15,768 nt of DNA, from positions 1 through 15,768 of the forward strand of contig JAFGGO010000060.1 of the NCBI GenBank assembly GCA_016930515.1. The letters run 5' to 3'. Below are positions 8,464-15,768 of this stretch, in pieces. The position numbers and the translations under genes are program-made. The notes under the pieces are model-generated. The model saw only the letters and a list, made by a program, of their open reading frames with translations, ran no database searches and had not been told where the DNA came from. The stretch is from Promethearchaeota archaeon. Its GTDB lineage: Archaea; Asgardarchaeota; Lokiarchaeia; Sigyniarchaeales; SOKP01. Positions within the stretch are counted from its first letter, which is position 1; each line of letters opens with the position of its first letter.

Positions 8464-8955
8464 TTAATGATTGATTAAAAAGGGTCGTTTTTTTTTCTTT
8501 AGTATGTATTGCTGATGGTATTCTTCGGCCTCCCAGAATTCGGATGCTTTGGTGATTTCAGTAACGATTGGTCTCCTGAATTTTCCCGATTGTTCCATCT
8601 TTTCCCTTGATTTTACGGCCATATTTTTTTGTTCGTCGTTCATGTAGAAAATTGCCGTTCTGTATTGACTTCCCACATCCGGTCCCTGCCGATTTGGCGT
8701 TGTTGGGTCGTGAATGTTCCAGAATAAATCCAACAGTTCGTCGTACGATACGATCGTTGGATCGAAAGTTATTTCCACAGCTTCTGCGTGTCCCGTCTTG
8801 TCGCTACAAACATCTTCGTAAGTTGGATTTGGAAAATCTCCTCCCGTATAACCTACCCGTGTAGATATTACGCCTTTTTGGCTTCGATACGCTTCTTCTT
8901 TAGACCAAAAACACCCCGCAGCAATGATCGCTTTTTCATTTTTTTTCGGTTCCAT
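8464..8955 (-). CDS. msrA: Peptide-methionine (S)-S-oxide reductase MsrA
   Basis: Motifs AAGCFW, GYTGG, PTYEDVC..TGHAEAV, HDPT..NRQGPDVGSQYRTAIF and AEEYHQQY. Confidence 0.97.
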   Translation of the reverse strand: MEPKKNEKAIIAAGCFWSKEEAYRSQKGVISTRVGYTGGDFPNPTYEDVCSDKTGHAEAVEITFDPTIVSYDELLDLFWNIHDPTTPNRQGPDVGSQYRTAIFYMNDEQKNMAVKSREKMEQSGKFRRPIVTEITKASEFWEAEEYHQQYILKKKKRPFLINH

Positions 8956-9098
8956 GTAATTAATATAAAAGATTTGACAAAAATATCTTTTCGTAATAGG
9001 ATATAAACAGAAAGATCTTTGAAAATGCTTTTAATAAGAAAATTCCGTGGTTTTTTTACAAAATATTATAAATTCAAATAATATTATTTTCAGTCAAT

Positions 9099-9140
9099 AT
9101 TATCAAATTTTTCATCAGTAAAATTATCAAATTTGATAGT
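9099..9140. promoter_or_regulatory. Candidate transcription-factor operator (direct repeat plus palindrome)
   Basis: ATTATCAAATTT at 9099-9110 and 9123-9134. The second copy overlaps the perfect 14-bp palindrome TATCAAATTTGATA (9125-9138). Confidence 0.4.
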
Positions 9141-9229
9141 AATGAAGAATGACAAGTTTAAAACGCAAGAAAGCGAAGAAATTATTTTTATTCACATTTA
9201 AAAAGCAATATACTTGACTAATTAATTGT

Positions 9230-9500
9230 GAGATTAACGAGTTCCTAATAATTTTTTGTCGTAAATTTGGATCTAAGCCTCAATAAATCGAGAGATGCAC
9301 AAAATAATCCCTAATATCGCATTATAAGGACTAAACATAATAAATAACGATAAGGACAGGAAAATTATTACTAGATGTACTATAAGGATTGAAATTATTC
9401 CGATTTTAAATTTTGATTGATCCTCGTTAATATACAGCAGTTTAGCTTTTATATCCACGATATTGGTTGGTTTATATCCAAAAAAATTACTTGTATTGAA
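9230..9500 (-). pseudogene. Decayed fragment of a multi-pass membrane protein, probably DUF4386-like
   Basis: The reading FNTSNFFGYKPTNIVDIKAKL...FSPYNAILGIILCISRFIEA*IQIYDKK continues through an in-frame TAG (9273-9275). After an apparent frameshift in the A-run near 9252 it reads Y*ELVNL. No ATG start. The family assignment is from recalled similarity only. Confidence 0.5.
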
Positions 9501-9768
9501 TTATGATTTTTAAACATTTTTTGTACTTTAAATAATCGTTCAATTTTGTCTGCATCTTGATTTCTTTAATTTTAATTGATTCCTCATCCGATAGACTCAT
9601 TTTTTTCTAGAGTATTATAGTTCTAGCATGGATAATGGTTTTCTTTTCTTTTCATCTGCTTTTATCTGTTGTTTTGATGTTTTTATTAGACTTAATTATA
9701 GTTTTTAGTTATATATTTCCATTATTATCATTTATTATCTATATTTTGCGAGTTCGATTTCCGATACA

Positions 9769-9823
9769 TTTATATACGAATATAACTATTATTAGATCAA
9801 TATATTCGATTTGTGATATATTG
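9769..9823 (+). promoter_or_regulatory. TATA box plus inverted-repeat operator upstream of the ORF-PadR-Hsp20 unit
   Basis: TTTATATA at 9769-9776. CAATATAT-N10-ATATATTG at 9798-9823 overlaps the expected transcription start. Confidence 0.6.
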
Positions 9824-9883
9824 CGAAAATGAATAAAATTGAATAAGGAATATACTAAAAAAGACTGAAAGGAGAGAGAGAAA

Positions 9884-10078
9884 TTGAATACTAAAAGCAT
9901 AATTACAACCGATAAATACCAAATTGAAGAATTATTGGAAAAATACGCCCAAGCCATCGACCTTCTAGGACTTGCGGAACTTTTACCAATCGAAGATCAC
10001 CAAAGAAAAGTAAACGAGATACGGAAATTACAAAATACCCTGAAAGATGTATCATCCATAACTATTCATCTTAAATAA
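9884..10078 (+). CDS. Small hypothetical helical protein
   Basis: 64 aa, TTG start after purine-rich AAGGAGAGAGAG. Protein-like amphipathic composition. Stop lies just before padR. Confidence 0.6.
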   Translation: MNTKSIITTDKYQIEELLEKYAQAIDLLGLAELLPIEDHQRKVNEIRKLQNTLKDVSSITIHLK

Positions 10079-10094
10079 TTTTAACGTGATTATC

Positions 10095-10745
10095 ATGTTT
10101 TTTGGAAAAAGATTCCACGGACATCAAGGAAGCGGGTTATCGGGACTGGACATTTTAGTGCTTTCCATTATCAAGAACAACCCAAAAATTTCGGGATACG
10201 AGATAAGCCTAAAAATTAATAATAATTTCAGGGGAATGTGGAAGGCATCGGCCGGTACGATTTATCCGTTATTAAATAGATTGGCAGAAAAGGGTTATCT
10301 TGACGTGGAAGAAACCGTGGATAATAATCGTCAAAAAAAGCTATATAGCGTGAGTAGTCAGGGATTGGAAAAAGTAAAAGACATGATCGAAATCAACCTG
10401 CGAAATTCCATTGATACGCTAGGAGAATACATGAAAACGGTTTTAAAAGCCGTTCCAACTAGCCTAAGCGTGGATGATTGTTTTTGCGGGTGGCCATCTC
10501 GAGAAACTCATCAAGAATCTACCCTTGACGAGGAAAATTATTCTTTAGACAATATTGAACGCCTTCAAACAGCCATACAACGATTAAAAGTGGCAAAAGA
10601 GAGATATTCAAAAAGAATAGCGCATTTGGAATCTCAAATCATTTCATACGAAAAACTTTTAGATAAATTAAAGAAAGGTCGAGAGGAAAAAGCAAGACGC
10701 ATAGAGATTCTTGATGAAGATGCGGACTTTGAAGATTTTAATTAA
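10095..10745 (+). CDS. PadR-family winged-HTH transcriptional regulator with C-terminal coiled coil
   Basis: LVLSII..SGYEI...WKASAGTIYPLLNRLAEKGYL...KKLYSVSSQG. ATG 10095 follows a GTGA SD-like motif; GTG 10086 is the alternative start. Confidence 0.92.
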   Translation: MFFGKRFHGHQGSGLSGLDILVLSIIKNNPKISGYEISLKINNNFRGMWKASAGTIYPLLNRLAEKGYLDVEETVDNNRQKKLYSVSSQGLEKVKDMIEINLRNSIDTLGEYMKTVLKAVPTSLSVDDCFCGWPSRETHQESTLDEENYSLDNIERLQTAIQRLKVAKERYSKRIAHLESQIISYEKLLDKLKKGREEKARRIEILDEDADFEDFN

Positions 10746-10833
10746 GCACAAAATTCAAGATGATGTTATTAGAAACATCTAAAAATTAAAAAAAAATCTA
10801 AAAAAAAATTGAAAACAAAAAGAGGATAAAATA

Positions 10834-11367
10834 ATGTGTGACGACAACATGTTTCACAGAAGCCCTACAGGTGCTTCAACCCACCATAAATCCTTCCATG
10901 GAAAGGCACATCATCCAGGAGGACCGATACCAGGATATTGCATCCCTCCAACAGGATTTGACATGAGGCAAATCGGTAGAATGATTCACCGTTTTGCAAG
11001 CGGAATTGCAAATAATTACGAAGGATGGGTCCCATATAACTTGGAAGATAAAGGAGATAGTTATCTTGTTCAAGTTCCGTTAGCAGGACGCACCAAGGAG
11101 GACGTTAGTGTTTCTATCATAAACAAGACATTAAATGTAGCGGCGAAGAAACCACAATCCACCGAAGCAATAGGCAATGAAGATAAAAAGGAACCCCCCT
11201 TTTTACGGACCTTTTTCTCGTTTGTTGATGTGAATCTCGACATTCCATTACCAACCGACGCAAACACGAGCGAAATTAAATCGATGATGCAAAACGGCCT
11301 GCTCAAGGTCAAGATCGGTAAAAAACCGCCCACGAACATTAACATTGACGATGAAACAAGTAATTAG
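10834..11367 (+). CDS. Hsp20/alpha-crystallin family small heat-shock protein
   Basis: PYNLED..DSYLVQVPLAGRTKEDVSV...LPTDAN...MQNGLLKVKI and a C-terminal IxI motif (INI). AGAGGA SD upstream. Confidence 0.88.
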   Translation: MCDDNMFHRSPTGASTHHKSFHGKAHHPGGPIPGYCIPPTGFDMRQIGRMIHRFASGIANNYEGWVPYNLEDKGDSYLVQVPLAGRTKEDVSVSIINKTLNVAAKKPQSTEAIGNEDKKEPPFLRTFFSFVDVNLDIPLPTDANTSEIKSMMQNGLLKVKIGKKPPTNINIDDETSN

Positions 11368-11392
11368 CTACAACCCCAATAATTAAATCAAA

Positions 11393-11482
11393 TTAAGGGA
11401 GGAGCGCTTTAGAATTCGTCGCAATTTCTCGGGAGGAGGACGCGAATAAATTCTAAAGCACACCACTTAATGTATTTTTTTT
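11393..11482. ncRNA. Candidate structured RNA or terminator hairpin, element 2, carrying two GGGAGGAG / CTCCTCCC motifs
   Basis: Perfect 11-bp stem GCTTTAGAATT (11406-11416) / AATTCTAAAGC (11449-11459), extendable to 11401-11464, with an inner CGTC/GACG pairing. GGGAGGAG at 11397-11404 and 11431-11438. T8 at 11475-11482. Confidence 0.55.
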
Positions 11483-11535
11483 CTTATTAAAAATTTTATT
11501 ATTGAATTAAAATATATCTTGTATTTATTCGTAAT

Positions 11536-12582
11536 TTAAATCTCTATCAATTCGTATTGAGTTGAACCAAGCCCTATTTTCTCTGCGTAATCAAGTTGTT
11601 TTACGCCACGGAATTTTTTTCCGTTGTTTTTAGCTAAATCGTGACAAGCTTTATCTATTGCTACGGGGTCGGTTGAGATAAGCACGCCAATATCGTCTAT
11701 CAAAAGTTTCATTTTCCTTGGCTCACAGTCGCATCCTCTCGTGATATTCATGGCAAAATTGATATAAATATTTTTTTTCCCTTTTGCTGCTGCATATGCG
11801 TACTCAACGAGATTTTCCTTGAAATTATTGCCTATTCCTATAAGTCGCATGTATCCTTTAAGCGAATTGAGCGAAATTGCCCCATGTGGACATATTGCAG
11901 CACAAGCCCCACAACCCACACATTTATCATGATCAATAAAGGACTTCTCATCTTTCTCAATGATAATCGCGTTCTCGTTGCATCTCGTTTTACAAAGGTT
12001 ACATTTTTTGCATTTTTTCTCCTTTATTTTAGGTTTAATTCCCTTGTGCATTGCAAGCTTTCCGCCTCGAGCAGCGTGTCCCATTGAAAGTTGCTTAATT
12101 GCTCCTCCAAAACCTGCTAATATATGCCCTTTAAAATGAGAAAGAACTATTAGCTGATCATAGTCGAGAAAATTCTTCCCAATCTTACAATTTTTATAAT
12201 GCTTCTTGTTGATTTCAACTTCAGCAAAAGATTCTCCATAGTCTCCATCAGCGATTATTATTGGTATCTTATTAAACCCATGTTCTTGAGCGAGTGCCAA
12301 ATGAATTTCTTTTTTATGCCTCTGTCCGTTATATAATGCGTTTGTTTCAATATAACACGTTTCGATGTTTTTTTCTTGGAGAAAATCGATTATTCCGTTA
12401 TAATTCTCAGGTTTAATATAGGTATGGTTGCCCTTTTCTCCGAAATGTACTTTTAAAGGTATTTTTTTATCTAGATCAATATTTTCTTCTAAAATAATTC
12501 TGTTTAACAGGCCTCTAGTTATCTGATTTACATCGTTAGTGCTGGTGCGTGAGTTTAATTTTTTATAATACACATTTGACAT
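11536..12582 (-). CDS. DUF362 family Fe-S protein with 2x[4Fe-4S] ferredoxin-like domain
   Basis: Motifs KVHFGEKGN, HFKGH, GFGGAIKQLSMG, CKKCNLCKTRC, CVGCGACAAICP, CDC and STDPVAIDKAC. Alternative start TTG 12594. Confidence 0.9.
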   Translation of the reverse strand: MSNVYYKKLNSRTSTNDVNQITRGLLNRIILEENIDLDKKIPLKVHFGEKGNHTYIKPENYNGIIDFLQEKNIETCYIETNALYNGQRHKKEIHLALAQEHGFNKIPIIIADGDYGESFAEVEINKKHYKNCKIGKNFLDYDQLIVLSHFKGHILAGFGGAIKQLSMGHAARGGKLAMHKGIKPKIKEKKCKKCNLCKTRCNENAIIIEKDEKSFIDHDKCVGCGACAAICPHGAISLNSLKGYMRLIGIGNNFKENLVEYAYAAAKGKKNIYINFAMNITRGCDCEPRKMKLLIDDIGVLISTDPVAIDKACHDLAKNNGKKFRGVKQLDYAEKIGLGSTQYELIEI

Positions 12583-12791
12583 CTTGATTTCCAACTCTCT
12601 TTTCGTGAGAATGATTGGTTAAATATGTGTATATATGAGCCATTACTTATATATTATATTTGGTACGCCTTTTTCTTTTTCATAAGTCAGAGATTTATTA
12701 ATCGCAACTATTGTCATGAATATTTGCTTGTTAAATCCCGAGTTAAAGTAAATATAAATAGAGATTATTGCATAATATTAGTGTACGAGAA

Positions 12792-13160
12792 ATGTCTAGT
12801 CCAAACAAGGAAGAGGAAAATGCCATTGATCCCGAGAACATCGACTTGATCATCAGGGATCTCAAAACCTCCTTCGATAATCTCGAGAAAGCGGACTTTC
12901 AAGAAACGCAAGGGTTCCAAGTAAAGCTAGCGAAGACCATAGCTTCATTAAGAGAAATGAAAGTGTCCATGGCGGGCGATCAATCAGCTAACCCTTCAGG
13001 AGCACAGGATAAAGATTCGAGAAATTATCTCTTAAACCAGTTGGACTTTTTCCTTTACATGTTGGATCAAATTGACGACTCTAAAACGGAAAATCAACGC
13101 AAGAAGTTCGATTTGATTATGAAAATCGCTAAACTAAGAGAAAAATTACGTGAAATATAG
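12792..13160 (+). CDS. Hypothetical alpha-helical protein
   Basis: Open frame with protein-like charged, amphipathic helices. ATG 12792 is preferred over TTG 12768. Confidence 0.8.
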   Translation: MSSPNKEEENAIDPENIDLIIRDLKTSFDNLEKADFQETQGFQVKLAKTIASLREMKVSMAGDQSANPSGAQDKDSRNYLLNQLDFFLYMLDQIDDSKTENQRKKFDLIMKIAKLREKLREI

Positions 13161-13199
13161 CGTTCCTTATTAGATATTTTGGAAAAAAAGGAATATAAA

Positions 13200-14024
13200 T
13201 TAATGTTTTAATATCTTGACGAATTTTCTCAATTTATAGATATTTTCGTTGCTAAAGTGGTGGTTACTATCAATGAGAAATTCTTTCGCTCGCTTGTGAA
13301 AACTGTAGTTTTTAACAAAATTTGATACTATATTTTCCACGATTAATAATAAAATCGCAAATAAAGCAAGCCATTCGGAAAATTTCGTTAATTCCGCGTC
13401 AAATTCTTTAGTTTGAAGCTTGATAGTGAAGGAAGTAATTACGGAATTTAGGATGTGAAATATAAATAGAGCTGCGGAAACAAACCCAACGATTGCGTGT
13501 AATTTTGAAACTTTTGGAGTAATTATTATCAAAACAGAATAAAGCAAGCAGGAATTAAGCCCACCCAAGAAAAATACATTAGCCGCAATACCATGAAGCA
13601 ATGTGATATTATAAGGAAATATTGCTATAAAAATCAAGCCAGCACAAGTCGCAATTACAGAAACCAATAAACAATCTGTAATAGTTTTATTAGCACCAAG
13701 TTTCCTGAATTCTTTTATGTGATGAAGGTAAAATAAGAATAAAAACACGCTTGACACGGATATTCCAATATTAAAAACAATGTTAGAACCGTTAGGACCG
13801 ATCCCTAAATGGCTAATCCAATGTGTAAATGGGGTAAAACTCGGATCTACAGTCATATATAGCAAAAAAGCGGCTAATATGGAGATTGAGGCAACGAAAA
13901 CGCCAATGATCCCAAGCAAATAACCCGGAACCACGCGATATATGGGACTTACATGATCGAGAAAATCATCTATCTTCTCGTCAATGTTTAAAAAAAACTC
14001 ATCAATTTTTTCGTATTTACTCAT
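13200..14024 (-). CDS. DUF998 / Frag1-DRAM-Sfk1-like multi-pass membrane protein
   Basis: About 6 hydrophobic segments with motifs HWISHLG, FNIG, IAIFP, HGIAANVFF and SEWLA typical of this fold. Confidence 0.75.
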   Translation of the reverse strand: MSKYEKIDEFFLNIDEKIDDFLDHVSPIYRVVPGYLLGIIGVFVASISILAAFLLYMTVDPSFTPFTHWISHLGIGPNGSNIVFNIGISVSSVFLFLFYLHHIKEFRKLGANKTITDCLLVSVIATCAGLIFIAIFPYNITLLHGIAANVFFLGGLNSCLLYSVLIIITPKVSKLHAIVGFVSAALFIFHILNSVITSFTIKLQTKEFDAELTKFSEWLALFAILLLIVENIVSNFVKNYSFHKRAKEFLIDSNHHFSNENIYKLRKFVKILKH

Positions 14025-14215
14025 TCTCTCGTACCCGTTTTTTCTATAATGTTTAGATTTCGAACAAGTTCACATTTAACATGTAAGAACAGCAAGAAAA
14101 ATAATTAGTTTTTTATTTATTGTTGTCGTGCCCAAAACGAACTTTTTATCAAGAATATTTGATGCTCCGTTCAAAAATGTACTAAAACAAGAAATTTAAA
14201 AAAAATTATTTCGTA

Positions 14216-15055
14216 TTAAAATGGTCGTCGAGGAAATCTCCCAATAGGAGATCGAAATGGTCCAGATCCAGGACGTCTATAACGGCCAAAACCTCCAATA
14301 AAACCTAAAGAACTTCCGTGATTGTCGTGCATGACATTATCTATGCTCAATACAAAACCCAGCAATATTCTCCTGTCGGTTTCGTTATCGAGGATCCTGA
14401 GAGCATAAGTGTCTTTAAAGTCAAACAAACCTCTTAGAAAAACATCCCTCCAACGATCGACTTTTTCGATTTCGGCTATTAATTTACCCGTAGAACAATC
14501 GGAAATTCTAAACGACCAGCCAAAGAAGTCTCCTTCCGCTTCGTACCATCGGTTGCCGAACGGGTCTTCTAGGAAAAACTTTGGATGAAACAAGGTGAGG
14601 ATCTTTTTCTTGATGCGCGCAATGAGATTTCCTTGAGGATCTTTCATGTCTTGAGCATTTCTCGCCGTGACGATTTTTTCTTCGAGAGTTGCCGCAACTT
14701 CGCCGTTTAATTCTTGGATTTCGACTCTCCTGCGTATGCTGAAGATCTTTCTGTTCATCTTGCCTATTAGGGTTCCGTTCTCGTCGAGAATATCGCCGTA
14801 TCCCAAGTCCCACATCTTTTCTTTAATGATATAATAATTCCTATTAATATCAAATATTCCTCCAGATGCTCGAACAGAGGGTTCTTCAAATGTCGTGGAG
14901 ACTTGCTGAGGACGAGGTTGGAACGGAATGGACGCACGATTGCTTTCTACACCTTCTTTTACGATTTTTTCTTTAGAAGGCAAACTGGCTCCACATTCCT
15001 CGCAATATTTTTGATCTTCAATTCTTGTAATTTTTCCACATTCAGGGCAATGCAT
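14216..15055 (-). CDS. Zinc-ribbon plus LURP-one/phospholipid-scramblase (Tubby C-terminal-like) domain protein
   Basis: CPECG...YCEECG zinc ribbon, a Pro/Gln linker, repeated beta units (ILDENG, MKDPQG, LEDPFG), GDFFGWSF, DTYALRI and LLGFVLSID. Alternative start GTG 15073. Confidence 0.85.
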   Translation of the reverse strand: MHCPECGKITRIEDQKYCEECGASLPSKEKIVKEGVESNRASIPFQPRPQQVSTTFEEPSVRASGGIFDINRNYYIIKEKMWDLGYGDILDENGTLIGKMNRKIFSIRRRVEIQELNGEVAATLEEKIVTARNAQDMKDPQGNLIARIKKKILTLFHPKFFLEDPFGNRWYEAEGDFFGWSFRISDCSTGKLIAEIEKVDRWRDVFLRGLFDFKDTYALRILDNETDRRILLGFVLSIDNVMHDNHGSSLGFIGGFGRYRRPGSGPFRSPIGRFPRRPF

Positions 15056-15353
15056 TTTTTTTACATTCCACACTTATTTTTTGATTTCTCTAATTTAAGA
15101 TAACAACGAGCTTTATTAAAACTTCCTAAGTCCAATTTTTAATACTTATTTTTCATCTACATGCTGACAATTTACCATTTGAAATCTTTATTATTAAACC
15201 GTTAAATGAGCTTGTTTCACTCGAAATTTTATTTTCTTATATTTTTTCTTTTTAGATAAGTTGAAGAACTATATTTACAAAAATATTCCTAAAATTATAT
15301 AATTAAGACGATACTCAATGAGAAATAATAAAATAAAAATGAAAAAAATTGTG

Positions 15354-15509
15354 TTACTCTCTTCTTAACATCGTGCTGAGTTCGCTTTTTAATAAATCCC
15401 GTATTGCAACCCGGATGACTTCCGAGCGATTTGGATACATGTTTTCATTCACTAATTTTTCAATTCCATCGATATAAGCTTCGGGAATATGACATGTTAT
15501 TAACTTCAT
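15354..15509 (-). CDS. Ribbon-helix-helix (CopG/CdrS-like) transcriptional regulator, 51 aa, absent from the ORF track
   Basis: Translates as MKLITCHIPEAYIDGIEKLVNENMYPNRSEVIRVAIRDLLKSELSTMLRRE*, with an N-terminal beta strand and the PNRSE.IR.A.R signature. GAAGTGAG SD-like motif and TTAAATA (15550-15544) upstream. Confidence 0.92.
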   Translation of the reverse strand: MKLITCHIPEAYIDGIEKLVNENMYPNRSEVIRVAIRDLLKSELSTMLRRE

Positions 15510-15768
15510 TGATGATGGCTCACTTCTAGTCGTATTAAATGAGTATTTAAGATATATTTATTGTCTCTATCATAAATATGAATGTAATATCACGATAATA
15601 CTATGTGATTAGGAGGCTTGTTAATATTATTATGGGAATTTTTAACTGAAAAATGTTTGAATTTTATCACTTAAGGAATAACAATTATAAAGATTTGTTC
15701 TAGGGCATTAAATTTTATCGACTTTATTACTCTATTTTTAAAACATAAATAGAATAAAAATATACTTC

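Noticed and set aside
8607-9006. Plus-strand ORFs overlapping msrA
   Set aside because: Antisense shadows of a confident gene.
9635-9957. ORFs 9635-9832 (+) and 9739-9957 (-)
   Set aside because: F/I/L/Y-rich translations of AT-rich promoter DNA that overlap the TATA/operator and the 9884 gene.
11401-11464. SECIS element
   Set aside because: No AUGA/GA core, and neither flanking gene has an in-frame UGA at a Cys position.
10876-12849. ORFs 10876-11073, 11070-11345, 11884-12087 and 12625-12849
   Set aside because: Antisense to Hsp20 or DUF362, or spanning a divergent promoter; no protein signatures.
14508-15103. Arg-rich alternate-frame ORF 14508-14813 and antisense ORF 14903-15103
   Set aside because: Explained by the codon usage of the host gene read out of frame.
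1-15768. CRISPR array, transposase/integrase, rRNA or canonical tRNA
   Set aside because: No regularly spaced repeats, recombinase motifs or canonical RNA signatures were seen.

Overview
AT-rich archaeal DNA. Evidence for an archaeal origin: TATA/BRE-type promoters, an apparently leaderless gene, U-tract terminators and a CdrS-like ribbon-helix-helix (RHH) protein. The gene repertoire suggests an Asgard/Lokiarchaeia-like genome; this is inference and was not searched. The left half holds a PARG-like macrodomain gene divergent from a purine cluster: purC, a small membrane protein, purS-purQ-purL, and a purF homologue whose catalytic residues are degenerate but whose Fe-S ligands are intact. 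The right half holds a small CxxC/HxxH protein, msrA, a decayed membrane-protein pseudogene, a small ORF-PadR-Hsp20 unit with a palindromic operator, a DUF362 Fe-S protein, a helical hypothetical protein, a DUF998/Frag1-like membrane protein, a zinc-ribbon LURP-one/scramblase-like protein, and a 51-aa RHH regulator missed by the ORF track. The most striking unexplained signal is two GC-rich intergenic stem-loop elements (8024-8169 and 11393-11482). Their internal sequences are unrelated, but they share the frame TTAAGGGA-GG[stem...stem]CC-A-short spacer-T8/9, suggesting a family of structured non-coding RNAs that carry SD/anti-SD-like motifs.
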